This document shows, piece by piece, positions 1 through 13,102 of a DNA stretch of 64,000 bases. The stretch's first letter is position 1, and the number at the start of each line of letters is the position of its first letter. Origin of the DNA: Heteronotia binoei (taxonomy: Eukaryota). The stretch lies in the NCBI RefSeq assembly GCF_032191835.1, contig NC_083227.1:24180001-24244000 (forward strand). Reading direction: 5' to 3'. The notes under the pieces were generated by a model, which made no database searches, was not told where the DNA came from, and saw only the letters and a program-made list of their open reading frames with translations. The position numbers were made by a program, and so were the translations under genes.

Positions 1-140
1 CCACCACTTTCTGAGGAAGCCTGTTCCACTGAAGAATCGCTCTAATGGTCAGGAAGTTCTTCCTAATGTTGAGTTGGAAACTTCTGATTTAATTTCAACC
101 CACTGGTTCTGGTCCTACCTTCTGGGGCCACAGAAAAAAA
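1..140 (-). mobile_element. CR1 LINE 3' fragment
   Basis: Minus strand encodes FSVAPEGRTRTNGLKL, the CR1 ORF2 C-terminal motif; same family as 32570-33032. Confidence 0.8.
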
Positions 141-288
141 TGTTGTTGGTCTCGAAGCTGCCACTGGACTCAAACTTTGATCCTCAAGCAAAGCCACTGG
201 ACACACATTTTACCACGACTGACTCTGCAATGGAAACTTTTTAATCATCTGCCGTTCCCTTTCTTTCTCAAAACTCACCATATGTACA

Positions 289-768
289 TAGGGTTGCCAT
301 GTCTGACTCAGGAAATATCTGGGGATTTTGGGGGTGAAGCCAGGAGAAAGGTTATGACAAGCACGATTGAACTCCAGTGGAGGTTCTTCTAGCCATCCCA
401 TTTAAAAGGATCACATTCCTTTTAAACGACTTCCTTCCATTGGAAATAATGGCGGATTTTGGCACCTTCTTTGGGGGCTCATAGAATTGGACCCTCTGGT
501 CCAATCTTTTTAAACTTGGGGGGAGGTTGAGGAGAAGCATCAGATGCTATGCTGAAGATTTGGTGCCTCTACCTTTAAAAAAGCCCTCCCAGAGCCCCAG
601 ATTCTGACGGATTGATTCTCCATTATACCCTATGGGGACTGGTCTCTGTAGGGTATAATAGAGTGCCCAGCAGACATTTCCTCCCCCACTCTGCTTTCGG
701 ATAACCCTGAAGTGGGGGGAGGGCCTCCAAACTAGAAGATCCTCTACCACTGGAGATTGGCAACCTTA
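289..768. mobile_element. Non-autonomous DNA transposon (MITE) with (T)AGGGTTGCC...GGCAACC termini
   Basis: Inverted termini at 289-299 and 759-768; internal sequence recurs at 5256-5780, 13861-14092, 37363-37968 and 42450-43160. Superfamily not assigned. Confidence 0.75.
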
Positions 769-992
769 TATGTACACTTTTAACAGAAATAAGAATGGCT
801 CTTTGTATTTCTTTTGATTTTTGCTTTACATAATATTCAGAGGTGGGCCATGGGGCATGAGATACTGGCCTCTGAAAAACAGGAGAAGCCAGAGCCTCAT
901 CAAGCAACCCAGACAGTCCAAAGGGAACCTTTCAGGTTTTTGAAGGAACCTGAGATATCAGGGGAGGGGCAAAGAACACAGAAAGTCCTCCG

Positions 993-1163
993 CAGGGGTG
1001 GAATTCTAGCAGGAGCTACTTTGCATATTAGGCCACACCCCTCTGATGTAGCCAGTCCTCCAAGAGCTTACAAGGCTCTTTTCGGTAAGCTCTTGGAGGA
1101 CTGGCTACATCAGGGGTGTGTGGCCTAATATGAAAAGGAGCTCCTGCTAGAATTCCACCCCTG
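993..1163. mobile_element. hAT-type MITE
   Basis: TIR CAGGGGTGGAATTCTAGCAGGAGCT at both ends; near-perfect 8 bp TSD GTCCTCCG/GTCCTCAG. Confidence 0.8.
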
Positions 1164-1584
1164 GTCCTCAGACTTTTAGCTGACCACTGTAATGGTGGGA
1201 AGCATTGTCAAGTCACAGCTGATTTATGGTGACCCTATACGGTTTGAAATGTGAGAGATGTTCAGAGGTGGTTTCCCATTGCCTGCCTCTGCATAGCGAC
1301 CCTGGACTTCCTTAGTGGTCTCCCATCCAAGTCAGCTTTCAAGATCTGGCTAGCCTGGGTTATCCAGGTGAGGGCCTGACCACTGTAGAAAAGTGTCACT
1401 GTGACTTGGCCATCTCCCAGCAGGCCTCTTGTTATGCTACCGGTACTCTTCCTAGAATATCCAGGCCTCCAAAGAATCTAAGGACAGAGAAGCCCTTGAA
1501 AAGAGAGAAGGAGCCGTAGCTGAGCTCAACCCCAGAAGGAGCTTCTTGGATTTTAAGCCCCATAAGCTCTCCCTCCTACCTTAC

Positions 1585-1696
1585 CCAGTGGGCTGGCCTC
1601 TCCAATCTCCTCTCCCTCAATAGCCATCAAAAGTTGCCTCTCAGATGGAGTCTGGCCTGCCTCAGAGGTGCTCCCAGCCTCCTCCTCCCAGGGCAC
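1585..1696 (-). CDS. SCAN-ZF gene A, linker exon (VPWEEEAGSTSEAGQTPSER...), 112 nt, phase 0 to 1
   Basis: TGTTGTAG acceptor and G|GTAAGG donor; homologous to the linker exons at 29532-29652 and 44097-44217. The ZF exon lies outside the window to the left. Confidence 0.8.
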
Positions 1697-2823
1697 CTAC
1701 AACAGAAGAGGGGGAACCTTTCAGGGCCGTGCCAGAGAGATGAAGAGGGAAGAGCTGAAGAGAGGGGAAGGTTCTGTCTCCCACCCAGAGCATAGCAGAT
1801 TCATTGGTGTGCAGTAGGGAAAAATCAGGACAGAGTTTCATGAAGGAATACTGGAAACTCTGAACTCCACATTACAAAAGAAAACCCACTTGACACAGCC
1901 TGAAGAAGAAGCCAAGAAGAGACTGTATTTATACCCTGCCCTTCACTTGGAGTCTCAGAGCAGTTTACAATCTCCTTCCCTCTCTCCCCACAACAGAAAA
2001 CCCTGTGAGGTAAGTGGGGCTGAGATAGCCCTGAGAGGTATTGGTGCGAATCACTCCAGAAGAAGGGGAGGAAAAAAAAGTAGAAAGTACCTCAAATTTC
2101 TATTCTATCTCCTTAGACTTCCTCTATAGTAGGAGACATAATTCCAGCACAGTTAGTCATTAAAACTGTCTAACAGACCACTCACAATACTTCCTCTAAG
2201 CTGTGGAGTCTTGTGAGCAAAAATTCTACTTTGTGAACTACTTCCATTAAAGTTGTGAGCGACTGCAAAAATTAATTTGCTCTGGGACCATTTTTTCCTG
2301 CGCTAAGACAAAAATGTGTGAGTTGGAGGCTAAAAACTGTGAGCTAGCACACACCAACAGCTTAGAGGGAACAACAACCCATGCCATACTTCTAAAATCA
2401 ACTTGGTCAGTGCTACTGGAAGATGTGACAGTGCGGGTGGGGAGCTGAGAAAGCACTGAGCTGTCAAGAATCACAAAAACTTCATAGAATCTTCATAGAA
2501 CTATAGAGTTGGAGGGACCATAGAGCCATCAAGTCCAACCCCCTGCTCAATACAGGATCAGTCATCCCCAGGTTTTCCTCCAGCTGTTGCTTAAAGGCTG
2601 CCAGTGAGACTGACCAAACATTTGTTCTCAGAATGAGAGAAAATTCCCCCCAATCCAAAAACTCTGGATTCAGCTGGAAACAAGGCAACAAACCTTCCCA
2701 TCACACTCTAGTATTCCCCTTCTCTCCCCCCCCCCCCCCGCCAACAATATATAGAGAGATCTCAGCCTGTCCTTCATCTCAGACATTCTGGCACCCAGGA
2801 CGCACACAGCAAAAGGACCTCAC

Positions 2824-3540
2824 CTGCTTCTCCTGCCTCAAGAACTCCTCAGCCAGGGCCACTGCCTGGGAACAGCTCTCAGGACCACTCTCCCTCACCC
2901 GGCTCTGGATCTCCGGGGGCAGGATGCTCAGCAGTTGCTCCAGGATCAAGAGCTCCAGGATCTGCTCCTTGCTGTGTTTCTCCGCTCTCAGCCACCCATG
3001 ACACATTTCCCGCAGTTGGCTGTAAGCCCCCCGGGGCCCCTCAGCCTCCTGGTAGCAGAAATGCCTGAACTGCTGACGCTGCTTCTCCTGACTCAGGGCT
3101 TCTGTTCGCAAGATGGCTGCCTTCACCTTCCCATAATCCTCTCTGTCTCTGGCATCCAGACAGTTATAGGCCTGCTCAGCTACTCCACTGAGGGCCGGCA
3201 GGAGTCGGGTCGCCCACTCTTCCTGGGGCCACTGACAGGCTTCGGCCACTTGCTCAAAGGAAGCCAAAAAAGTCTTGGCATCATTCCAGGGTGAAGGTTT
3301 CTCTGGTAAGGGGGAGATTCCCCATGGAGAGTGAGAGGACTCCAGCGTTCTGAGGAACTCCTGCCACTGGACTTCCCACTCCTCAAGAGAAACGAATCCC
3401 TCCCCTGCAAAATTCATTGGATGTCCTGTTCTCTTTTGCAGGATTTCCCTGATACTCCCAGCCTGGAGAACATGAGGGGCTACTCCTTTCCCTTCTGATA
3501 CTTCCCCTAATTTGGGACATGTGGGAGTCTCCTTCTCCAT
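2824..3540 (-). CDS. SCAN-ZF gene A, first coding exon: extended (capsid-NTD-like) SCAN domain, 239 codons
   Basis: MEKETP...[15 protein letters not shown]...[57 protein letters not shown]; acceptor at 3627-3628, CAG|GTGAGG donor at 2822-2823. Confidence 0.9.
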
Positions 3541-3902
3541 TTCTGACTCTGAACAATCACTCAGAGTTGGTGCTGCATGACTGAAAACTTTAGAATCTGT
3601 TCTCGTCTTCCACACTGAGCTTCTCCCTGGAGAAAAGGAAAATATGAGAAAGAGAGAGAATACCAGCAACTGCGTTAAACAGCACTTGTACAATACTCTA
3701 TACTCTATTTTTTTATACAATATGTCTGTTTGTTTTAGGGGTAACCAAACTGGCTTGGGAGCCACATGTGGCTCTTTCACACATATTATGTAGCTCTTAA
3801 AGCCCCCACTGCCCATCAACCAGCATGGAGAAGGCATTTGTCTCTTTAAATCACTTCTCCAAGCCAAACCAGCCAGCAGCTTAGAGAATGCATTTAAAGT
3901 TA

Positions 3903-4045
3903 NNNNNNNNNNNNNNNNNNNNNNNNNNNNNNNNNNNNNNNNNNNNNNNNNNNNNNNNNNNNNNNNNNNNNNNNNNNNNNNNNNNNNNNNNNNNNNNNNN
4001 NNNNNNNNNNNNNNNNNNNNNNNNNNNNNNNNNNNNNNNNNNNNN
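3903..4045. other. Assembly gap (run of N)
   Basis: About 143 N inside a hAT-type MITE in intron 1 of gene A. Confidence 0.95.
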
Positions 4046-5001
4046 CTGGCTCTCAAACATCTGACATTTATTCTATGTGGCTCTTATGTTAAACAAGTTT
4101 GGCCACCTCTGGTTTATACCACCTTACAGACTTATATAATTCTGTAAAAATTAACAGTACTCTTCCAGACCAACAATAAAAATTACAGGACGTCACAAGA
4201 GACTTCCCTGTGGTATTTCACTGGTACATAAAAATCCAAAAGTATAGTCCAAAGTAGTTCAAGATGAAGGTTCTGGATTTTTCAACTCTTCATTTCGGAT
4301 ATTCTTCCTCAAGTAAGGGCTGTTAATGATGGTTATACAAAATCAATTATTATTTTTTATTTATTTTATTTACTTTTTTATTTAATTATCTGTTGCTGAT
4401 GTTTGTTCCTTTACTCTGCCTTAAAAACACTCCTCCGTAGTGTCACAACCAGCTGGAGATCAGTTGTAAAAGCAGGAGATCTCCAGGCCCCACCTGGAGG
4501 CTGGCAACCCTAGGCGCCGCAGTTCAGTGGCAGAGCCTATCCTTTGCACAGAGGAGATCCTTGGGTCTGTCCTTGGCACCTGTTCCCAAACCTACCGAAA
4601 CAACATAGCTGGGAGAGACTCCCGAGAGGCATCTCAGACCGGGGCCGGGGAGGTCTCCATGCTAGGCCCATCTCCCCCCCCCCCTCCCTTCTTCAGCCAT
4701 TCCAGATTCTGCACTGATACCCACACGCATTTCCGCTGGAGCTGTCAACTAGTCCAGCCTGCCCCGCTCCTGTGCTTTTAAAAAGGGGTTGGATCTGCAG
4801 GGATCCGCGGGGGAATCCTGCGTCGGACCAGAGGGAAACTCGATCCCCCCTTGCTTCTTGCTGCAGCTCCATCCTCAGCTCCAGGGGGCGGGTCCAGAAC
4901 TTGCAGCCCACCCTGGGAGCAGAGAAGGGCGCCACCTGGACTTCCTCCTTCCTGGCCTGCCCAACCCGGGGGCGTGTTTCCCCACTTCCCGCCCCACACA
5001 C

Positions 5002-5125
5002 CTTTCCCCTTCCAGGTATCCTCTTGCAAGAAAAGCGGGTGCTCAGGAAGATGTATTCAGGGTTTCTTTCCTCCCTTTGCCCCTCTCTAGGCAACGCAGC
5101 TCTGTCGACTTCTTAACTCTTTTCT
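5002..5125 (-). promoter_or_regulatory. Putative non-coding first exon/promoter of gene A
   Basis: AAAG|GTGTGT donor at 5000-5001; GC-rich; homologous to 34843-35000 and 49302-49450. Confidence 0.55.
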
Positions 5126-5255
5126 AGCCAAGGGAGTCAAAGGAAAAAAAAACCCCTCTGTAATTTAAGGAATTAGTTTTTTTATCTTTAAATAAAGGAA
5201 CCAAATTCAACATGGCCATTTTAAACTGCAGAAAAACTTGTATGAACATATAACT

Positions 5256-5780
5256 TAGGGTTGCCAAGTCCAATTCAAGAAATATCTGGGGACTTTGGGG
5301 GTGGAGCCAGGAGACATTGGGGGTGGAGCCAGGAGACATTAGGGGTGAAGCCAAGATCAAGGCTGTGAAGCATAATTGAATTCCAAAGGGAGTTTGACCA
5401 TCACATTTAAAGGGACGGCACACCTTTTCAACGCCTTCCTTCCATAAGAAATAATGAAGGCTAGGGATACCTTCTTTTGGGGCTCATAGAATTGGACCCC
5501 TGGTCCAATCTTTTTGAGACTTGGGGGGTATTTTGGGGAGAGGCACTAGATGCTATACTGATAATTTGGTGCCTCTACCCCAAAAACAGTCCCCCCCAGA
5601 GCCCCAGATACCCGCAGATCAATTATCCATGATTTTCTATGGGAATAAATCTCCATACGGAATAACAGAGTTCCCAGCAGACATTCCCCTTCCCTCCCCC
5701 CGCTTTCTGACGACCCTGAAGCGGGGGGGAGGGTCTCCAAACCGGGGATCCCCTGCCCCCACCTGGGGATTGGCAACCCT
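5256..5780. mobile_element. AGGGTTGCC-type MITE, full length
   Basis: TAGGGTTGCCAAG...TTGGCAACCCTA termini with TA flanks; internal GGGGTGGAGCCAGGAGAC repeats. Confidence 0.8.
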
Positions 5781-6119
5781 ACAAAAATCTAAAGCATCAC
5801 GCAACATTGGCAGTGTGATGATTCCACTTCCAGGTCATCCCATCACCTCTTGGGCCAGCTGGGGGTGGGATTTCCTCCTGCTAGCCTGCTGGCCTGAAGT
5901 AGGGAAGCGCTAGGCAAAAGCAAGGTCTCCCCCACCCCTGCTGTGAGTCTGGCAGCCCTCTATGGTAGCACAGGGTGTTGCAGTCTGCAGATCCTTCTCT
6001 AACGCTGAGTACTGACAGAATATGAAGACATTAATACTTTTAAATTCCAGAAATTTAAAAAATAGTACAGTTTTATTGTTATTGATGCATGTTATGTTAC
6101 TAAATCAGTACAAGAAGTT

Positions 6120-6376
6120 TGGAAAGGAAAGGTCTCCTGTGCAAGCGCCAGTTGTTTCCGACTCTGGGGTGACGTCACATCACGACGTTTTCATAGCAGA
6201 CTTTTTACAGGGTGGTTTGCCATTGCCTTCCCCAGTCATCTACGCTTTCCCCCCAGCAAGCTGGGGACTCATTTGACAGACCTCGGAAGGATGGAAGGCT
6301 GAGTCAACCTCGAGCCAGCTACCTGAAAACCCAGCTTCCGCCAGGATTGAACTCAGGTCATGAGCAGAGTTCAGAC
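6120..6376 (-). mobile_element. Sauria SINE (Squam1-like), 5' truncated
   Basis: GGAAGGCAATGGCAAACCAC core and CCTTT-type tail on the minus strand; homologous to 46455-46680 and 50754-51027. Confidence 0.8.
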
Positions 6377-6559
6377 TAGGGTTGCCAAGTCCAATTTAAG
6401 AAATATCTGGGGACTTTGGGGGTGGAGCCAGGAGACTTTGGGGGTGGAGCCAGGAGCAAGGAAGTGACATCACTTCCAAGTCAAAGGTCAAGTGATGTCA
6501 CTTCCTGAGCTTCACTCCTCTATATCACTTCCAGCACACTGCATCAAACCCCACCTCTA

Positions 6560-7280
6560 AAACCCTTCATGGGGGTTTAGGAATCCTAATTTCTACATCA
6601 CTTAAATTGAATGCGTCCATCTAAAAAATTCAAACCCATGGGCAATGGCTATCCTCCTACACTTCAAAATGGGGTCTCTTCTAATACTAAATGTATATAT
6701 CCCTCCCCAGCAAAAATGATCAGATATAGCAAGGTGCTGTAATTAATCTGAATTTTTTATTGAAGAACTTTTATTAGATACTCCAGCACACCCGATTCTA
6801 AAGGGGGGGGGAGAGAGAGACTTTAGTGCTAGACTCAATTCAAATGATAAGATTCTAATTGACAAATTTGGATGAAAGCTTGCTAAATAATGTCACTTAA
6901 TTCAAAACAGATATGGGCTTCCCTCTTAAACAGTGGAAGCCATTCCCAACCTAGTAAGACTTAGTTACTGCTGTCTTCTCAGGTCAAACACAATTACAAG
7001 CCTAAGTAGCTCTATCATACCTCTGGTAATTCTGTGGTCAGGTATTTCTCAGTTGCATTCTCTTTGCCACAAAAAAGAATTTGTAGCTCTTTATGCTTCA
7101 GGAACTTGGCAATTTGGAAGCTTAAGATAATTCACAGCAGAGAAAATTCTTATATGCACACTAGAGCATATTATGTCCTCCTCTATGTCTAGCAATTGGG
7201 AGTGGAGGTTTGCATATATCACCCCTACCAAAAATCCTAATAAGCAGCTCTGGTTACCATCATGTAATAGAATAGCTCTA
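6560..7280 (+). mobile_element. Degenerate non-LTR retrotransposon endonuclease (APE) fragment
   Basis: Reads ILNVYIPPQ and a GDF(S)AR-like motif with stops and frameshifts. Confidence 0.5.
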
Positions 7281-10200
7281 GGGTTGCCAGGACCGGTCAC
7301 TGACCAGAGGCAGGAGTAGGGTTGCCAGCTCCAGGTTGGGGTATTCCTGGAGACTTGGAGGTGGAGCCTGGGGAGGACACGGAATTTAGTGGATTACAAT
7401 GCTCCCAAAGTCCACCCTCCAAAGCATCCATTTTCTCCAGCAGAAATTGACTTTGTAATCTGGAGATATGCCATAATTCCAGGAAATACTTTCAAGTATC
7501 AGTTATTCATCTTTTCATTTAGTGGGATTAGAAAAGAACACAATATCAAAACAATATCTGCAGTACTGCATTTAGAACACCTGAGACTCAGAAGCAATGT
7601 TCCCTCTAAACTGTGGGGTCATGTGAGCAAAAAATCTACTTTGTAAGCTATTGGCATTGAAGTCATGAACTCCTGCATAAATTAGTTTCATGTGGGGCCA
7701 TTTTTCCTGAGCTAAGACCAAAATGTGTGAGCTGGAAACTAAAAACTGAACTAGCTCACACTAACTCAGCTTAGAGGAAACATTGCTCAAAATATGTTTA
7801 AAAGTCATCTAGAACCAACATATTCATAATGCAATAAACTATATTGCTTCCTTTTCACAAAAAATACAATTCCTGTCAAACTATCTGATCTTTACCTGGA
7901 AAATCCCTCCCCCCAGTCGTTATAGGATTGGTTTGTTTGGTGTGTTTGTTGTGATAAAAAACCTGCTATATCTTAAGGGGGGGGGGAAGGAGAGCAGGAT
8001 AATTAACTCAGCTAAACAATGCTAGCAAATAAAAATAGGTTAGTTTTAACACCCATTTTCTCAAGTGAAAATGACTTCTGTAATCTGCAAATCAGTTGAA
8101 TAAGTATGCTTGCACATGAAAAATATACCTTGAATTAAACTTTGTTGGTCTTAAAGGTGCCACTGGGTTCAAAGTTTTAGCAAGGTTTTAAAAATTAAGA
8201 CAAATTTCTTCAGAATGTTCCAGACACCCGGGCCAGCATATACCAAAGTTAAGCTGAACATGGGGTAGCCAAAGGCAATAAAAGCAGAGGAGGCAATAAA
8301 TCAGATAAGACAATGAAAAAATAAACAGTCTCCACAAGAACACAAGGCTGGGACTGCGCTTAGCCAGCCCGGCTGAGAAGCACATAAAACGAAAACTTAA
8401 GCACTCTAAACCGATACCTTAAATCATTTAAAATCAAGCTTTAGAAAGCACCTTAGTCGCAGAGCAAAACAGCGTCAGAAGACTACTCCTTGCCTGCACT
8501 TCCTGTTCTGGAAGAGAGGCTTTTCTTCTTAAAGGCAAAACAACCCCAAAAGTTCTCAATAAGTATTCTACTGCAAAGTTCTGCAGAAGTTGCTGCTGAC
8601 AAGTTGAGGGCAAGGCAGTTTATCAGTTCATGCATCATTCAAAATCTCATCAAGAACACCTCATGCCTTTCTGTTCTGCAGTGAAGGCACAGGGCAGGTT
8701 TGTGTGACGAGAAAATATTTGCTAGATCTCCCTCTCTCTGTGCCTGGAAGGAATGTTTATTTACACACCAACCACCTCTACAAATCTTCCTTACTAACAG
8801 GACAGGACACACACACACACCCCCTCCCTTCCCTTCTTTTTCGGCTCTTGCTTAGCATGCCTGGGTGAGGACTGGACTTCAGTGCCGAGCCTTCGGTGGG
8901 TGCAGGGAATCAGGCAGGCTCTCTCCGGGAGAGTGGCATGAAGTTCCCCCCCCTCCCCCCCCGCTTCTGGACTTTTGGAGACCGGGGGAGGAGGCTATAA
9001 ATTCTGGAGTCCCCCGCCAGGGCGGGGGGGTTGGGAAGCCTAATATAACTTGAAATTAATTCATTAATTGCAGTACAATTCTCTGCTACCTTTCACAGCA
9101 ATTTTCCAGTGCTTCAACCAAAGAAAAGTATGAAAAATAGCTGTCGAAAGATTTAGCTTGAGGCAGGGTTCCAGTAGTAGCAGCTAAAGGAAGGGCCTAC
9201 GAAATGTGTCAGCATATTTTGAGGTAGAGCAGCTGCCAGGGCCCTGTGTGGGTGGTACACAGTGCTGGCATTCCTGATGGCAATGGTAACAGCACTCCCA
9301 ACTGCATACACTGGCCAGCGCTGTTGAGGAAGGGATGTGTAGGTGGTGCAGGAAATTGAACATGGGCATTAGGAGTGCTTGAAAGCTGGAGAAGAACACA
9401 CAAGCATATAGGTGCATGCAGGTGTGGGGGTGGAAAGAGGACCACCCACTTTCCACCCCCATTTTGGCTCAGCATGAGTTTCAGAGAAATTTTTCTGAAA
9501 ATGAATTTACTTCAGAAGAAGAGGCAGGTTTGGGGGAGTGCCCTGGAAGTGACATCACAGGAAAAGGTGGAGTTTTGGTTGTATGCCCCAGAAGTGACAT
9601 CACTTGGCCCTTGACACCACAGGAAATGACATAATTCCTGTCTCCCGGCTTCACCCCCAAAGTCTCCTGGCTCCACCCCCAAATTTTAGTGGGCCACAAA
9701 GGAGAAGTGAAAAAATAACGAGGCCACAGGAAAGAAAAGTTTGGGAAACCCTGTACTAAAGCATTAAATTCTATGGATACCTAAGTCCCCTTCTATATTA
9801 GAGGTCTCTAGCAAAAGTCTAAGTCTTGTAGTGATAGTGATACCAGTTTCTGGAGGGGAAACTTTATAAACCCTAGGATTTAGGGAGAAGTTGCTGAGAG
9901 TCAGGGGGTCTCTATGCTGGTCAAGCCATGAAATTAACTCGTTAGAGGCCTCTAATGTAGAATGGGAAAGGGTGCTGAACTGCACTAGAGACAGGAGACT
10001 GTCTCTATGCTGGTCATGCCAAAAAAATGGGACTTGGGACTTAGACTCTAACCGAGAAAATGTAGACTAACAGTGTAGCCCCTGGAATACGGACTTAGAC
10101 TTTTCATAGAATTACTGCTTTCCAACTGTATTCTGAAATTGTACTGTTATCTAATTGCTTTGCCTTTTTGCCTATATTTTAAGCCTTCTGTCTAAAGGAG

Positions 10201-11459
10201 AAGCTTGGAGTCTAATAAAGTTTATCTGTGTAGCTTTCTGAAAAACCTAATTTGTTCATATGTATGAATTTCTGAAAATTACTGGTTGTTTGGGTTACTG
10301 AGGGTACAAAAGATGTACAAAAGTAAATCCTACTTCACTGAGACTGCTAAATTGATCTATGAAATTGTTGTTGATATAAATTTGATCTTATATATATTTG
10401 AAAATATTAGTAATCATTCACAGTTTGTTTGGTTATTGTAAGCTCTTTTCCCGTGTATCTTTTTTTGCTTTGCCACCCAAAGTAAGCAGCAAAAGTGATG
10501 AGCCCCAGAATTTAGATTAAGCCCTAAATCTGAAGGATTGTACATAGAAGAGGAAGGGATCTGGGAAATGGGTGGGAAGTTGGGGACTGGGAAATTCACC
10601 TCCCACAAACCACAATGTACAGCCCCCAACCCACAGGGAGATCTGCTCTGTTTCATAAAATTAAGGTATATGTTAGGGGCTTTGGCCCCTTTGAACGTAC
10701 TCAGTTCTCGTGGTGGGGACTGGGAAGGAGTGTGCTGGACTTTCACCCCCTCCGGGTGATCACTAGCTCATAAGGACAATCCTGCAGGATCAGACCAGTA
10801 GTCCATCTAGTCCAGCATCCTGTCTCAGGTAGGGGCCAACCAGTTCCTCTGGGGGATCAGCAATAGGGCCTACAGACTGAGGCCTTCCCTGAGGTGGCTC
10901 TTGGCTCTGCGAAATAGTGTGTTGGGTGCTCTTATTGCTTAGGTGTTATGCTGGCTAGGGTTAAGGTTTATTCTCTGTGTGTGTGAGAGAGAAAGAGCCT
11001 GCAGTTCTCCGAGTGCCTCCTGCTTTTCTTCATCTATTTTTCCAAAGAAAGATTTAGACTCTGATTCTGTTTGCTGTCTGCTTTATTTCTGGGAACCTCC
11101 CCATGCCCATAGTGAAGGGCTACTATCAAATTCTGGACTGTCGGTATACAAGAGGCAAGAATCCCTAATTTAATTTTACCTGGATACACACGAGTGCACT
11201 CTGAACATGCATGGGGGATGCACCAAAAAGAGGGGTGTCATACACTACACCATTTGGGGAATAGACAATTCTTAACAATATTGCAAGCAGAGCAGGCCAG
11301 AAGGTTAGACCATAGCAATAAACTGGGGGGATGGGGCTTGGACCTTCCCTGGCTTTTGCTGGGGGAGGGGGGGTTGGTGCCTCCCCCAGGCAATCAATGC
11401 CAGTAATAGTGACAAACTCCTGTGAGTTTATGAACATCTTTTCCAATCCATTTTAGATT

Positions 11460-12035
11460 TGGAAGAAGGAGTTCAGTTCCTCTGAATGTCAGGGCTCCCC
11501 TCAGTCACCATGGCTAGTGGCCAGTGATATCCATGGAGGATAAGTCTGTCTAATCCCTCCTTAAAGCTGTTTATTCCTGTGGCCATCGCTACATCCCGTG
11601 GCAGCGAATGCCACATTTTAATCACTCTCTGAGTAAAGTAGTAGTTTCTGTTGATTTTCCTAAATCTGCTGCCCATTAGCTTCATTATATAACCCTCAAG
11701 TTCTACTGTTTGGGGAGAGAGAGAAAAAAAGTTCTCCTTATCAACTGTCTCCACATACCACACATAATTTTATAAACCTCTTATGTCGCCTCTTAGTTAT
11801 ACAAAGCAGGAGTCAAGCTGCACCTTTAAGAACAACCAAGTTTTATTAAAAACGTGTGCTCTCTAAGCACACTTCATCAGACGAGGGGATCAGGTATTGT
11901 GGTCTCCCAGTTATGTTTTCCAAACTGGTAAGACCCAGACTCCGCAGCCTTTCCTCGTACGGAAGGTGCTCTAACCCCTTAATCATTTTGGTTGCCGTCC
12001 TCTGTACTTCTTCTAGCTCTGCAATGTCATCATGA
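11460..12035 (-). mobile_element. CR1 LINE 3' fragment interrupted by a Penelope terminus
   Basis: ELEEVQRTATKMIKGLEHLPYEERL and MKLMGSRFR...FTQRVIKMWHSLPRDV CR1 ORF2 motifs. Confidence 0.8.
11805..11900 (-). mobile_element. Penelope-like pLTR terminus with a broken hammerhead motif
   Basis: Minus strand CGTCTGATGAAGTGTGCTTAGAGAGCACACG then a deletion of AAAGCTTAC; same family as 35150-35315. Confidence 0.7.
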
Positions 12036-12269
12036 GCACAGCATTCCCACATAGAGGAAACACCCACTGGTATGTTCCCTACCTTCCTGCTTTCAGGAAC
12101 ATGCAGAAAGCAGTGTCCACCGTTGTAGGGTGGGAGCATACATGTGAGTATTTGTGTAGGTGGTCCTGTATCCATTCTCCATAAGTTCAGTCAATTTGTA
12201 GAGGGATTGTGGATAGAGGGCTTTTGTGTGGATTTGTTCAGAAATGTTAAGGTATCAAAAGCTGTTCAT

Positions 12270-12530
12270 TTCAGTTTGGTGTAGTGGTTAAGTGCGCAGA
12301 CTCTTGTCTGGGAGAACCAGGTTTGATTCCCCACTCCTCCACTTGCAGCTGCTAGAATGGCCTTGGGTCAGCCATAGCTCTCTCAGGAGTTGTCCTTGAA
12401 AGGGCAGCTTCTGAGAGAGCCCCCTCAGCCCCACCCACCTCGCAAGGTGTCTGTTGTGGGGGAAGGAGATTGTAAGCCCTCTGAGACTCTGATTCAGAGA
12501 GAAGGGTGGGGTATGAATCTGCGGTCTTCT
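12270..12530 (+). mobile_element. tRNA-derived SINE (Squam3-like gecko family)
   Basis: AGTTTGGTGTAGTGG A box, GGTTTGATTCC B box, TCTTCT tail; several more copies in the window. Confidence 0.8.
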
Positions 12531-13102
12531 TCTTCATTAGGTGTCAAAAACTCTTCACAGGTTTCTTGCCTGTGGGTATCTTGGTGATGAAAAATGGATG
12601 AGCTGATCTTGAATCCTGAAGAATCCTCCTCCTTTTTCTTTTTCCTTTAATTTATTTATTTAACTTTATATTCCACCCTCCCTGCAAGTGGGCTCAGGAT
12701 GGATCACAAAACAAAATCTAAACGTATCAAAATTACAGTGCAGTTAAGTATATAAGTATAGAGCAGTTTAAAACAGCATGGATTAAAACCATTTGTCCAT
12801 GTGCACTATTAGTCCGTGCACAGAGATTTCCAGCATGAGCCGTTGGTCTCTAGATCTTCTCATTCTGGGTCACATGAAGACAGTGAGCTTCAGCAGGGGA
12901 GGCTGAAATTTTATTGACACCAGGATAGGTGCCTCGTCCAGAAAAACCTGGAGTTGTCTCTTTGATTTCAAGTAATGCTCCTACCATGGCTAAAGTTCTT
13001 TTCACACTCTGAGCATTTATACAATTTCTTCCGCGTGTGAATTTTTGATGTATACAACAAATAGACATTATTTCCACTATATGAGGAGCCTGTGGTTGTC
13101 CA

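Noticed and set aside
2935-3294. Plus-strand ORFs MLQDQELQ... repeated opposite each SCAN exon (also 30135-30728, 45592-45951, 53953-54372)
   Set aside because: Antisense shadows of conserved SCAN codons; no independent start, splice or domain evidence.
2779-4056. 425 aa ORF with a long N-terminal extension
   Set aside because: It runs through an N gap and a MITE; the real exon starts at the acceptor at 3626 with ATG at 3540.
5298-5352. Short direct repeats GGGGTGGAGCCAGGAGAC (also about 6415-6455) that look array-like
   Set aside because: Internal subterminal repeats of the MITE family, without unique spacers; not CRISPR-like.
12270-12345. tRNA-like A/B box sequences (also 20885, 42677 and others)
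   Set aside because: SINE heads followed by SINE bodies; no complete cloverleaf or acceptor stem.
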